Shown: positions 1 to 10,118, counted from the first letter of the stretch. The stretch: 64,000 nt of DNA from Candidatus Zhuqueibacterota bacterium (GCA_049322915.1 JBMOPW010000014.1:160001-224000); one strand, 5' to 3'. Notes: generated by a model from the letters alone, not told the origin. Program-made: numbers and translations.

Positions 1-2
1 AT

Positions 3-869
3 CAGGTGAACCTGAACGATTATCCGGTCGTAATGTGGATGCTTGGCGAAGAGTCGGTGAGCAACAGCACTTTCAATGCCCAGGAACAGGCCAGGGTTCA
101 GACGTATCTTCAGAATGGCGGTAATCTGTTCGTGTCCGGCGCTGAAATAGGCTGGGACCTGGAAGATAACGGCAACGGCGTCAGTTTTTATCACAATTAT
201 TTGAAAGCCAGCTATGTGGCTGATGACGCCAATGTGTATCAGGTGAGCGGCGTCGCCGGATCCATTTTCGAGGGACTTGCGTCCATCCATTTCGATGATG
301 GAAGCCACGGCACGTATGATGTGGACTGGCCGGAATGCATGGCTCCTTATAGCGGCGCTAGCGTGTGCCTGAACTATGACGGAACCGCTTATCATGCCGC
401 CATTCAGTACGAAGGGACATTCGGAGCAAGTCAGCAGACAGGCCGATTGGTTCACTTCGGATTTCCGTTCGAGACGGTCTTTCCGGATTCCAATCGAAAT
501 CGATTGATGGAGCGGATTCTTGATTACTTTGACATCCAGTCCTCGGCCGTTCATACAAATGGCTCCGCAATTCAGACAGGCCAGCGCTACGCGCTGCTGC
601 AGAACTACCCCAATCCGTTCAATGCAACCACCATCATCCGATTTGAAATTCCACAGGGAGTGCAGGCTCAGTTAGTGACTCTCGTTGTGTACAATATCCT
701 GGGTGAAAGAGTGAAGCAGCTTGTCGCCGAAAATCGGAGCGCCGGGTACTATCAGGTGGCTTGGGACGGAACCGATGATTTTTCGCGTAAGGTTTCGGCC
801 GGCGTTTATCTGTACAAACTGAGCGCCGGACATTACACTGAGACGAAACGGATGTTATTGTTGGAATAG
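3..869 (+). CDS. 5'-truncated secreted protein with C-terminal FlgD-Ig/T9SS-type sorting domain
   Basis: Frame is open from the window edge. It ends in LLQNYPNPFN...IRFEIP...VYNILGERV...WDGTD...GVYLYKL...KRMLLLE. The preceding alpha/beta domain is LQNGGNLFVSGAEIGWDL. Confidence 0.8.
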   Translation, partial: QVNLNDYPVVMWMLGEESVSNSTFNAQEQARVQTYLQNGGNLFVSGAEIGWDLEDNGNGVSFYHNYLKASYVADDANVYQVSGVAGSIFEGLASIHFDDGSHGTYDVDWPECMAPYSGASVCLNYDGTAYHAAIQYEGTFGASQQTGRLVHFGFPFETVFPDSNRNRLMERILDYFDIQSSAVHTNGSAIQTGQRYALLQNYPNPFNATTIIRFEIPQGVQAQLVTLVVYNILGERVKQLVAENRSAGYYQVAWDGTDDFSRKVSAGVYLYKLSAGHYTETKRMLLLE

Positions 870-1089
870 CTGTACAATCATTCTGACTATTCAGTCACCA
901 ATGTACAGAGAAAAAAAAAATCCAAAAGGATCGATTCTCAAAAGCTGAATGTAGTTATAAAAAAAAATTGAATATCTGCTTAATAGATTGAATAAAAAAA
1001 TGGACATCATTGTGTAACGTCGTATCTTGGTGTCTTTGCGGCAATAATACATGCCTGGATAGTTACCAATAATTTTAGGAGGGAGAGAT

Positions 1090-3675
1090 ATGAAAAAATG
1101 GATTACTGCAATGTTATTTATCCTGTCAATATCTTCAATCACGCTGGCGCAGGTGACGGACACGCTGTATGTCGATGATGTCGATGAAGGTTACACCGAA
1201 GGCGGCGGCGACTGGCTGAATTCGGTGGCTGCATTTGGCTCGCGAAGTCGTGTAGTCATCTGCGGACTCGATTACGGACAGTGGGCCAAATGGAATTTGA
1301 CCATCCCAAAGGCTGGCTATTACGCGACCTATTTCATTCTGCCGGCAACGCAAAATGCCCGTATCGGCGCCAAGTACACTGTCAGTCCGTTCGGCTCGAT
1401 TGAATCTGTGCAGTATCTGGATCAAAATGAAAATAGCGGCAACTGGCGGCTGCTTGGCATTTTCTACTTCTCCGAGGCCGGTGATAATTACGTCGAAGTG
1501 ATGAACGACAGCAGCAGCGTCTCCGGTTACTCGCTGCGCGCCGACGCGATTCGCCTCATTGCCTCGACGCCGGAACATAACATCGATTGCGACTATCGGA
1601 ATACACTGTATAATTTCGGTGAAGTGGCCATGGGGAGAAGCAAGGACTGGGTGTTTCAGATTCACAATATCGGCGGAGAGCAATTGACAATTCAAAATAT
1701 CGTCACCTCTTCCGGCATCTATTCCATTGCGCAGCCTTTGCTTCCGGCGACAGTTGAGCCCAAATCCTCGGCCGACATCACGGTTCGGTTCAGCCCAAAT
1801 TTTGAGAAAACATTTGACGATTCGCTGGTCATTCAGACCAATGATGTGGATGAGCCAGAAATGGTCGTCTACGTCAGAGGCCTCGGAACAACGGAGACGG
1901 TGATTATCAACAATAATGATGGTGCTCCGGCATACATGGAACATATCGGCGAATGGGGCTCCAGTTCGGCTCATTTCCAGATGGAGAATTACTATAATCC
2001 CGACAGTCGCTTTGTGGTGAGAAGCACCAATCCCGGCGCCCGATGCGAATTCGTCCCCAATATTCCAATTTCAGGTCTCTACAATATTTACTATGGTGGA
2101 CCGCCAACAACCAACAGCGCCACCCATGCGCTCATCGAGGTGCACCCGTTCGGATCGGCCGTCGATTCATATTACGTCAATCAGAACAGCGCCGGCAGTG
2201 AGTGGAAGCTCATTGGTACGTACTATCTGTTCGAGGGCACGGAAAATTCAGTGTTTATCGTGAATGATGGGACTGGCAGCGGCTATGCCATGCGCTCCGA
2301 CCTGATCAAGTTCACCCATGTCCCGTCCATTGCCGACATTGCACTGCTTTATTCATCGCACGAATTTTTGGACGTCCCCATCAATACGACGAAAAATTAT
2401 TCCCTGAAAATTAGTAATATTGGCAACGCAGATTTGACAATCACCGACATGAATTTTAACTCACCTCATTTTTCGGTCGTCAGTCCGACAACCTTCCCGG
2501 TTGTGGTTCCCAAATTGGATAGCCTGTCGGCAGTCCTGGCGTTCACGCCGCCCGGGGTCAATAATTACCGCGATACCCTGACTATCATCAGCGATGACGT
2601 GGACGAAATGGTGACGCGGTTCATCGTCTACGGCAATGGCATTGGCGAAACGCTGGTCATCGATGACCTCGATACGCTGGCCGGTTTCAGCTATGGCCCA
2701 ACGGACACAACCTGGGTGCTCTCTTCTTCCATGTATGCGCTGAACGGTGAAGCGCGCTATACGTCGAAATACGCGCACCCATACGCCTGGGCCAGGTACG
2801 ATTTCACAGTTTCAGCGACCATGGATTACGAAGTCTATGCGTCGACTGTGCCCAATAGCAGCAACTCCACAAACTATGCGCCGTACGTCATTCACGCGCC
2901 GGGATTTTTGCCGGATACGGTCGTCATCCCGCAGAGCGGTATCAGTTCGGCGAATATCTGGCAGTTCCTAGGGACATATCATTTTATCGAGGGCATTCCC
3001 TCTCTCATCGAAGTGGTGAATGACACAACCATCACATTTCAGGATACCCTGCCGGTGCTGCGCTGCGACGCAATTAAGCTGACGCAGCCGACGCAGGTGA
3101 AACTGTCCACCTTCTACGTGGACTATAGCAAGGATGGAACCGTGCTCCATTGGGAAACGACCACAGAAATCAATCATCAGGGCTTCAACGTGTATCGCGG
3201 TGTTCGCGATTCATTCGATCGCAATCAGGCAGTGAAGCTGAATCAGACGCTCATTCTGGGCGTCTCGCCCTATCAGTTCGTGGATCGAACCGCGGATCGA
3301 AAGACCACCTATTATTACTGGTTGGAAGATATTTCCCTGAGCGGCGTTCGCACGTTGCACGGACCGATTTCAGGCAACCTCGCCAATGGAATGCCATTTC
3401 TCTATGAACTGGAGCAGAACTATCCCAATCCGTTTAATCCGTCAACGATGATCAACTATTCAATCCCGGAGCCAACGCAGGTCGAGTTGGTCATTTACAA
3501 CATTCTTGGCCAGAAAGTAAGGACGCTGGTCAACAAGAGAATGGCGCCGGGATTTTACAACGTGAACTGGGATGGCTTAAATGACGGGGGTCATTTTGTC
3601 GCGACCGGCGTTTACATCGTGAAAATATCGTGCAAGAATTTCTCGCAGACGCGCAAAATGACCATGATGAATTAA
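1090..3675 (+). CDS. Secreted multidomain protein: 3 golvesin/xanthan-lyase-CBD-like modules alternating with 2 ASH/choice-of-anchor-D Ig domains, plus FlgD/T9SS-type CTD
   Basis: Signal peptide MKKWITAMLFILSISSITLA and an SD (GGAG-rich). Three repeats end in W..LG.(F/Y).(F/L)...ND...R.D(A/L)I(R/K). Two repeats have NIG...LTI...F(S/T)P...D(S/T)L.I..(N/D)DVDE. C-terminal EQNYPNPFNP. Confidence 0.8.
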   Translation: MKKWITAMLFILSISSITLAQVTDTLYVDDVDEGYTEGGGDWLNSVAAFGSRSRVVICGLDYGQWAKWNLTIPKAGYYATYFILPATQNARIGAKYTVSPFGSIESVQYLDQNENSGNWRLLGIFYFSEAGDNYVEVMNDSSSVSGYSLRADAIRLIASTPEHNIDCDYRNTLYNFGEVAMGRSKDWVFQIHNIGGEQLTIQNIVTSSGIYSIAQPLLPATVEPKSSADITVRFSPNFEKTFDDSLVIQTNDVDEPEMVVYVRGLGTTETVIINNNDGAPAYMEHIGEWGSSSAHFQMENYYNPDSRFVVRSTNPGARCEFVPNIPISGLYNIYYGGPPTTNSATHALIEVHPFGSAVDSYYVNQNSAGSEWKLIGTYYLFEGTENSVFIVNDGTGSGYAMRSDLIKFTHVPSIADIALLYSSHEFLDVPINTTKNYSLKISNIGNADLTITDMNFNSPHFSVVSPTTFPVVVPKLDSLSAVLAFTPPGVNNYRDTLTIISDDVDEMVTRFIVYGNGIGETLVIDDLDTLAGFSYGPTDTTWVLSSSMYALNGEARYTSKYAHPYAWARYDFTVSATMDYEVYASTVPNSSNSTNYAPYVIHAPGFLPDTVVIPQSGISSANIWQFLGTYHFIEGIPSLIEVVNDTTITFQDTLPVLRCDAIKLTQPTQVKLSTFYVDYSKDGTVLHWETTTEINHQGFNVYRGVRDSFDRNQAVKLNQTLILGVSPYQFVDRTADRKTTYYYWLEDISLSGVRTLHGPISGNLANGMPFLYELEQNYPNPFNPSTMINYSIPEPTQVELVIYNILGQKVRTLVNKRMAPGFYNVNWDGLNDGGHFVATGVYIVKISCKNFSQTRKMTMMN

Positions 3676-3736
3676 CCCTTTTCGTCAAAAATGAATTGCC
3701 GGCAACGTCACGCATTGAAACCATCCGGGAGGATTC

Positions 3737-3931
3737 ATGGAGTGTAAAAATTTTCAACGAAACCTGAATCGTTGCAATTGCAGCTATGAGCCATGCAGTC
3801 GCAAGGGATTTTGCTGCGAGTGCATCGAATATCACCGTCAGGCAGGGGAGTTGCCGGCGTGTTATTTCCCTGATGATGTGGAGCGAACCTACGACCGATC
3901 CATTCGGCGTTTCATTTCGCTCCACAAATAA
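3737..3931 (+). CDS. Small Cys-rich, probably metal-binding protein (DUF6485-like)
   Basis: SD GGAGG upstream. Motif [21 protein letters not shown]...LPACYFP...ERTYDRS. Confidence 0.75.
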   Translation: MECKNFQRNLNRCNCSYEPCSRKGFCCECIEYHRQAGELPACYFPDDVERTYDRSIRRFISLHK

Positions 3932-4032
3932 TTGAATTCCCTGACCATTGATGAAGGGAATGCTCAGACTGTTGCAGTCACCGACAGTCGAGACGCCGTC
4001 ATGAAAATTCTGAAAAAGGAGCGATCGATTTT

Positions 4033-5202
4033 ATGAGGTATAAAGGAGCACGACTGTTTCCAGTTTTATTTTTACTTCTTCTCTCTTCTTCATTTTGCTC
4101 CCGGACGCCCGGAGAAGCGCCAAAAAATGTGAGTGACATCATCCAACAGGTGGCACAAAAGCATTGTCCGGATAAACGGGTCTCTGTCTTTCAGGTAGCG
4201 GCTCAAAAACAGAGCCATACGATTATTGTCACCGGCGAAGTGTTGTCCGGCGAGGCCAAATCAGAGGTGGTGAATCGTATTCAGTCAGAGACAGACTACG
4301 AGGTGGCCGATAGCATCAAGGTGCTGCCGGATGATTCGCTGAACGGAAAAATATATGGCGTCATCAAAGTGAGTGTGGCCCAGGTCCGAAGAAACAGCGA
4401 CGTCTATTACGAGACAATCAGCCAGGCGACAATGGGCGCGGAAGTGAAAGTGCTGAAACGAAGAGGCGGCTTCTGGGTCTATTGTCAGCTCGAGGATGAC
4501 TATCTGGGCTGGCTGATGGAAAGCGCGCTTGTGACAGGGGACGAGCAGTTCATCCGAAACTGGCGCAGCCTGGACAAAGTCATCGTGACCGCCACCCATG
4601 ATCAAATCTGGGAACAGCCACAGGCCTCCGGCAAAGCAGTCTCCGATGCGGTCTGGGGCAATGTTCTGATCGACCGCGGCAGCAATGGCAACTGGCGCAA
4701 GGTGGAGTTGGCCGACGGAAGAAGCGGGTACATCCCGGCGTCTTCGGTGATGGATTTGAAAAAGATGGAACAGGTTCCGGGCGATCCTGAAATCATGGTG
4801 GAATTGGCCTATCGGTTCATCGGCATTCCCTATTTCTGGGGCGGTCGCTCGACCAAGGGATTCGATTGTTCCGGCTTCACTCAGACATTGTACAAATCCA
4901 TCGGAATCCAACTGCCGCGCGATGCCAATATGCAGGTGAAAATCGGAGAGGAAGTGGCCATCGACGACCAGTTCGGCCAGTTGAAAACCGGCGACCTGCT
5001 GTTCTTTGGAAAAAGCATCGATAAAATCACTCATGTTGGTTTTTATCTTGGCGACCAAAAATTAATCCACTCCGACGGCCGGGTGAAGATCAACAGCTTT
5101 AATCCGCAGGACGAGGATTACAGCGAGTATCGGAGAAATGGCTTGCAGGCGGTGCGCCGGATTTTGAACGAGAAACAGACGGAACCGATCCTGGAGAAAT
5201 AA
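4033..5202 (+). CDS. NlpC/P60 (C40) gamma-D-glutamyl endopeptidase/dipeptidyl-peptidase with BON-like and SH3b domains (YkfC-like)
   Basis: Signal peptide; PYFWGGRSTKGFDCSG, LPRDA, GDLLFFG, THVG, LIHS catalytic motifs. Adjacent to an Ala-Glu epimerase, as in ykfBC. Confidence 0.88.
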   Translation: MRYKGARLFPVLFLLLLSSSFCSRTPGEAPKNVSDIIQQVAQKHCPDKRVSVFQVAAQKQSHTIIVTGEVLSGEAKSEVVNRIQSETDYEVADSIKVLPDDSLNGKIYGVIKVSVAQVRRNSDVYYETISQATMGAEVKVLKRRGGFWVYCQLEDDYLGWLMESALVTGDEQFIRNWRSLDKVIVTATHDQIWEQPQASGKAVSDAVWGNVLIDRGSNGNWRKVELADGRSGYIPASSVMDLKKMEQVPGDPEIMVELAYRFIGIPYFWGGRSTKGFDCSGFTQTLYKSIGIQLPRDANMQVKIGEEVAIDDQFGQLKTGDLLFFGKSIDKITHVGFYLGDQKLIHSDGRVKINSFNPQDEDYSEYRRNGLQAVRRILNEKQTEPILEK

Positions 5203-5451
5203 TATTTTGGGCGCTGCGATTGAAATTCAGCGCGACGTGAGCCATATTCAGGTTCTCATGCCCGGATGGCTGGAGCATCGGCGCGTGACAGGCGTTTTTC
5301 TGAATGTAGCCCGGCAAGCGAGATCAATCCGGCGCTGACTGAGCCTCCGAAGTGGTTTCGATCTGAGAGTAAAAAAAATGGAATGGCGAACAGCGATTCG
5401 GTGAATTGTTAAATCGAACGCCATTCCGCCAAAACAATGGAGTCGATACCC

Positions 5452-6594
5452 ATGAACATGACACGAAAGCAATTCTTGAAAGCCAGCGGCAAAGCGATCG
5501 TTGGATTGAGCGCGCTTAACGCCGGCGTCTTACCATTCACTCAACTCACTGGTTCCAGTGACCCTATAGGAGGAGCAATGTTAGAATATAAAATTAAAGA
5601 GCTCAATTTGCGACACACATGGACCATTGCCAGAAATTCATCGGATGTGAAACGCAATGTATTCGTAAAATACACGCGCGACGGAATCACCGGCATTGGC
5701 GAAGCAGCGCCGAATGTCCGTTACGATGAGACGCCGGAGAGCACCATCGGATTGATTCAAAAAGCTGAACCGCTGGTGGAGAAGTTCGATCCGTGGCATT
5801 TTGTCGACATGGGCTATGAAATTCAGAAATTGGATAAGGCGCAGACCGCCGGCAAATGCGCCGTGGATATTGCCATCATGGACTGGGTCGGCAAGAGCCT
5901 CGGCGTTCCCATTTACAAATATCTGGGTCTGGATAAAAACAAGACGCCATTGACTTCATTCAGCATCGGCATCGATACCCCGGAAGTGATGCAGGCGAAA
6001 ATTAAAGAAGCGGAAGAATATCCCATCCTGAAAATCAAGGTCGGCAAGGATAACGACGAGGAAATCATGGATGCGGTGCGGGCCGTGACCGATAAGACGC
6101 TGCGTCTCGACGCCAATGAAGGCTGGAAGACAAAAGAAGAAGCGCTGGAAAAAATTTTGTGGCTGGAAAAAATGGGGGTTGAATTCATCGAACAGCCGCT
6201 GCCGTCGCACATGCTGGAAGAACAGCGCTGGTTGCGCGAGCGCGTGAGTATGCCCATCATTGCCGATGAGGCGGTGAAGAGCGCGGCGGACATTCCCAGT
6301 TTAGCAACCGCATACGACGGCATCAATATCAAACTGATGAAGAGCGCCGGCATTCAGGAGGCGCTGCGCATGATCTGGATGGCGCGTTCGTTGGGAATGA
6401 AAATCATGCTGGGCTGCATGATTGAAAGCAGTTGCGCTATCGCTGCTGCAGCGCACATCAGCCCGCTGGTCGATTTCGCCGATCTGGACGGCAACCTGCT
6501 GGTAGCCAATGACCCGTTCCAGTCCGTCAACGTGGTGAAAGGCCGAATGATTTTGAGCGACGCGCCCGGGCTGGGGCTCGAAGGCGAGTTCTAA
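5452..6594 (+). CDS. L-Ala-D/L-Glu dipeptide epimerase (enolase superfamily, YkfB/YcjG-like) with Tat-like leader
   Basis: KIKVG, DANEGW, EQP, ADE, NIKLMK, GCM and DLDG motifs. The start at 5452 has GGAG upstream; the ORF track starts at 5437. Confidence 0.9.
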   Translation: MNMTRKQFLKASGKAIVGLSALNAGVLPFTQLTGSSDPIGGAMLEYKIKELNLRHTWTIARNSSDVKRNVFVKYTRDGITGIGEAAPNVRYDETPESTIGLIQKAEPLVEKFDPWHFVDMGYEIQKLDKAQTAGKCAVDIAIMDWVGKSLGVPIYKYLGLDKNKTPLTSFSIGIDTPEVMQAKIKEAEEYPILKIKVGKDNDEEIMDAVRAVTDKTLRLDANEGWKTKEEALEKILWLEKMGVEFIEQPLPSHMLEEQRWLRERVSMPIIADEAVKSAADIPSLATAYDGINIKLMKSAGIQEALRMIWMARSLGMKIMLGCMIESSCAIAAAAHISPLVDFADLDGNLLVANDPFQSVNVVKGRMILSDAPGLGLEGEF

Positions 6595-6628
6595 TTTTTT
6601 ATTCAAATTCAATCGAACTGAGACGCAC

Positions 6629-7375
6629 GTGTCAACTATAATTTACGGGAAAAATCCTGTCAGGGAAGCCCTCGAAGCCGGACTGCCGATCCAGAAAATA
6701 TACATCGCGGCCGGCGGCCAGCAGCGCCGGGATCAGCACATTGAGCACCTGGCGCAAAGCCGGGGCATTCCGGTCCGACTGGTGGATCGCAAGAAATTGA
6801 TCGAACTGGCCGGGGAGCAGAACACCCAGGGCATCGTGGCGATTGTCCCTGACTTCGACTACAGCGAACCGGAGAGCGTATTGGATATTGCCCGGCAGAA
6901 GGACGAACCGCCGCTTTGCGTCATCCTCGATGAAATTCAGGACCCGCACAATCTCGGCGCCATCATCCGATCGGCGGAAGCGTTCGGATTTCATGGGATT
7001 TTCATCCCCAAAGATCGGTCGGCCGGCATATCCGATGTAGTTGCTAAAACATCGGCCGGGGCGATTTCGCACATGCCCATCGTTCGGGTCACCAATTTAG
7101 CGCGTCAGATCGATGAATTCAAAGCGCAGGGAATCTGGATTGCCGGGGCTGATCAGGATGCCCTTGCCAGCTACTACGAATCGAATTTGACCGGCCCCCT
7201 GGGCGTGGTCATTGGCAGCGAAGAAAAAGGCATGCGCCGGTTGATCCGCGAGAAGTGCGATTTTCTGGTGAGAATCCCCATGGTCGGTAAAATCAATTCA
7301 TTGAATGCATCGGTCGCTGCGGCGCTGCTGTTTGCAGAGGTGAGAAAACAGCGGACTGTGGGATTTAAGAAATAA
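6629..7375 (+). CDS. rlmB: 23S rRNA (guanosine-2251-2'-O)-methyltransferase
   Basis: IYGKNPVREAL, QDPHNLGAIIRSA, GSEEKG, IPMVGKINSLNASVAA (SpoU/TrmH family with N-terminal substrate-binding domain). Confidence 0.92.
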   Translation: MSTIIYGKNPVREALEAGLPIQKIYIAAGGQQRRDQHIEHLAQSRGIPVRLVDRKKLIELAGEQNTQGIVAIVPDFDYSEPESVLDIARQKDEPPLCVILDEIQDPHNLGAIIRSAEAFGFHGIFIPKDRSAGISDVVAKTSAGAISHMPIVRVTNLARQIDEFKAQGIWIAGADQDALASYYESNLTGPLGVVIGSEEKGMRRLIREKCDFLVRIPMVGKINSLNASVAAALLFAEVRKQRTVGFKK

Positions 7376-7391
7376 GGAAGTCTGGTGTTCG

Positions 7392-7430
7392 AAAAAAGGC
7401 GGCCGGCATTCTCAGCCGTCCGCCTTTCGT
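7392..7430. terminator. Probable bidirectional intrinsic terminator between convergent rlmB and S8 protease
   Basis: Stem AAAGGCGG(7395-7402)...CCGCCTTT(7420-7427). The A-run on the left gives a U-tract for the minus strand. Confidence 0.65.
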
Positions 7431-7445
7431 TTGAGGTCATGCGAT

Positions 7446-9725
7446 TTATGGAAGCAGAATCATTTTCTTTGTCTGCGTGAAAGAGCCAGCCTCCAGTCGG
7501 TAGAAATAAATGCCGCTCGATACCGGCTGGCCGGCATTGTCCTTCCCGTTCCATTTTATGTGATAACTCCCTGAAGCCTGTTCCTTCTCCATCAGCGTTT
7601 GAATCGTTTGCCCTAACACATTAATCACCCGCACCGTCACAAAGGACGGAGATTTCAGATAATAGGAAATGACCGTTGTTGGGTTGAACGGATTGGGATA
7701 ATTCTGATACAGCACTGTGGACGTTGGCAGTGTCGGTTCGTCGTCGCGCTGGTCCACCGGGAGATCCAGCAATGCGGCTGCCACATCGATTTTCCCATAG
7801 CCCCATTGATCGTTGGGCATAGTGCCTGTATAGCTATCGTTTCGGCAGGTCTCAATCAGGGAATTCCGCGCCTGAATAGCATCCCGATTCGGATATTTTT
7901 CAAACATGAGCGCGACGACGCCGGCAACGTGAGGAGCGGCCATGCTCGTCCCCTGGGTGAGCGCGTGTTTGTTGTCCGGGCAAATATAGGCATTGGGGTA
8001 ATCGACGCTGCCGGAATTGAAAATTGAATACGTGCCGCTCGGCGGCGCGCTGATCGAATAGCTGGAGGCGATTTTTTCGCCGGGCGCGCAGATTTCCGGT
8101 TTCACGCGGCCATCTCGGGTCGGCCCGGGACTGGAAAAATCCGACACCTCGTTGACCGTCAGTCCGGGGATGTACAGCGAGTTGCCATCCAGATCTGTCC
8201 AGTTCGATTTGGTGACGTAGGAGCCGACAGTGATGGCATTGAACGCTGTGCCCGGCGTGCCGGCAATCATGGTATAGTCAATGTTGGAACTGAAATAGAC
8301 ATCCATAGTGGAGCCGCCCAGCCAGATATCGAACCGGCCAGTAGCGCCAAACACTTTTATTTTCCAGTTGCCGTTCTTGGGCGGCTTATTCGCGTAATAG
8401 TCATAGATCTGAACTAAAACATATTTATCGCCATTCAACGGACTTGGGCCGCCTTTCGCATTAGAAATATAAATCACTCCTTCCGGCGTGTCAAATCCCG
8501 AATCATGACCGCTGGAGACAGGGCCGTAGCTTTCGCCTGATGGGGTGATGATCTGGACGGAATAATTGAAAAGCGCTTCGTACCAGCCATCGAACTGAAT
8601 GATGTCATTCACGTTATCTGCAAGCGGGGTATAGGCCGGCACCGTGAAAATCGATTCGATGGAAGTGGTGCCGCTACCGAAGGCGCCGCTGATGTGAATC
8701 GCTTTCTCGCCATCATTTCCGGCGGAGACAACAACAGCTTTGCCATTGATGCCGGGCCCGACCAGATTATCAATGGCCTGTTCGCCGAGACCTTTACCAT
8801 CGTGCGGGCCGCTGCTTCCACCAAGGCTCAGATTGATGACGTACGGTTTGCCCAACTGTCCGGCGAGACTGTCGATGAAGACTATCGCGTTGATATAATC
8901 GATTTCAGAAAAGCTGATGCTTCCCTGAACCCGGGTTGCCTTGACAATGATGAGATCGGCCTTGGGAGCGACGCCCAGGTAGGTTCCGGCCGCAACGCCA
9001 TTGCCAGTCGCCTGACCGTTGCCGGCGGCGCAGCCTGCGACATGCGTGCCGTGTCCCACAACATCTGATTCATTGATCGTCCCGATGCCATTCAGCGCGT
9101 TATTGATTTCCTGTTCGGTGTACAGCGTGCCGCCATACTGGTCCGGGCCGTCGAGACTGCCATCTCCGTTGGTGTCGCCGGGGTAGCTGAAATCGAGCAT
9201 GGCTTTGATGCGCGTGGTCCCGTTGCTGTTGCGGAAGTCCATGTGCCGCCAGTCGATGCCGGTATCCACCACGCCGATGATGACTCCCTGTCCTGACACA
9301 TTGTATTGCTGCCAGGCTTGAGTGGCTTTGATCTCGCTCAGACTTTCATCCGTGTGAATCGTCAGTTTTTGAGGCAATTGCAGATAGAAAATTCCATCGT
9401 GCCTGACGATGGTTTCGATGGTTGCCAGCGGAACACAGGCGGTGACGATGTCGCCGATCTGCGCCTGGGCCGATACTCCGAGCGCGCGCAGTTCCGTTGT
9501 TGTGAGCGATGTTTTTATCAGCATCGGAATGAATTCAATGGAAGAGGAGGCAGCGCCTTCGGTCAAATGTTTGGTGAGAGCGACTCGCAATTCGGGCCGT
9601 TCCAACATCAGCGCAATTTTGGGGTCGAGTTTTTTATACGCGTCGCCGGACAATTGACCTGCCATCAACGGCACATATAATAGGCTTAAGAATATGGCTG
9701 TAAAAATTTTTGTCTTCAGATTCAT
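7446..9725 (-). CDS. Secreted S8 (subtilisin-like) serine protease with propeptide, internal beta-sandwich insert and FlgD/T9SS-type CTD
   Basis: Catalytic triad motifs VDTGID, GHGTHVAG, QGTSMAAPHVAG; oxyanion SAGNDG; signal peptide; C-terminal QNYPNPFNP. Confidence 0.93.
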   Translation of the reverse strand: MNLKTKIFTAIFLSLLYVPLMAGQLSGDAYKKLDPKIALMLERPELRVALTKHLTEGAASSSIEFIPMLIKTSLTTTELRALGVSAQAQIGDIVTACVPLATIETIVRHDGIFYLQLPQKLTIHTDESLSEIKATQAWQQYNVSGQGVIIGVVDTGIDWRHMDFRNSNGTTRIKAMLDFSYPGDTNGDGSLDGPDQYGGTLYTEQEINNALNGIGTINESDVVGHGTHVAGCAAGNGQATGNGVAAGTYLGVAPKADLIIVKATRVQGSISFSEIDYINAIVFIDSLAGQLGKPYVINLSLGGSSGPHDGKGLGEQAIDNLVGPGINGKAVVVSAGNDGEKAIHISGAFGSGTTSIESIFTVPAYTPLADNVNDIIQFDGWYEALFNYSVQIITPSGESYGPVSSGHDSGFDTPEGVIYISNAKGGPSPLNGDKYVLVQIYDYYANKPPKNGNWKIKVFGATGRFDIWLGGSTMDVYFSSNIDYTMIAGTPGTAFNAITVGSYVTKSNWTDLDGNSLYIPGLTVNEVSDFSSPGPTRDGRVKPEICAPGEKIASSYSISAPPSGTYSIFNSGSVDYPNAYICPDNKHALTQGTSMAAPHVAGVVALMFEKYPNRDAIQARNSLIETCRNDSYTGTMPNDQWGYGKIDVAAALLDLPVDQRDDEPTLPTSTVLYQNYPNPFNPTTVISYYLKSPSFVTVRVINVLGQTIQTLMEKEQASGSYHIKWNGKDNAGQPVSSGIYFYRLEAGSFTQTKKMILLP

Positions 9726-9737
9726 GATGCAGTCTCC

Positions 9738-10118
9738 CTAATATTTTTGAATTTTCCCCAGTGAATCCGATGGTGTCGCTTTTACGGTTCGTGAGCTTTG
9801 AATGGTTTCCACGAATTTCATTTTTGATAAGTCATATACGGCATGCGCCGGAACAGAAGCTGTATAAATAGTCCCGATGTTCGCCATGATTTTTATATCT
9901 CTATTGGAGAGAAACGCTTTGTGTTCTTCACCAATGGGCTCATTGACCTTGAAAATTACAGGAATGCGCGTATTCAACTGCCCGGCTTGTTTCAATTGCT
10001 GAAGCTGTAATTTCAGCCCGGGGTCCACCTTCTTCTCGAAGTCAGCATCTTTGCATGAAAAAACGCTGACTAAAAAAATCGCAATCAAGTATCGTGACCT
10101 GAAAATGAGATTGAACAA
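9738..10118 (-). CDS. Lipoprotein resembling a stand-alone S8 propeptide (putative protease inhibitor/chaperone), 126 aa
   Basis: SD GAGGAGG (10128-10134, minus strand) 9 nt before TTG at 10118. Lipobox-like IAIFLVSVFS-C. The body aligns by eye with the propeptide of the neighbouring S8. Confidence 0.7.
   Translation of the reverse strand: MFNLIFRSRYLIAIFLVSVFSCKDADFEKKVDPGLKLQLQQLKQAGQLNTRIPVIFKVNEPIGEEHKAFLSNRDIKIMANIGTIYTASVPAHAVYDLSKMKFVETIQSSRTVKATPSDSLGKIQKY

Noticed and set aside
911..920. A10 tract (also A10 at 16296-16305) as a phase-variation site
   Set aside because: Intergenic, in AT-rich context, and not clearly within a promoter spacer or a reading frame.
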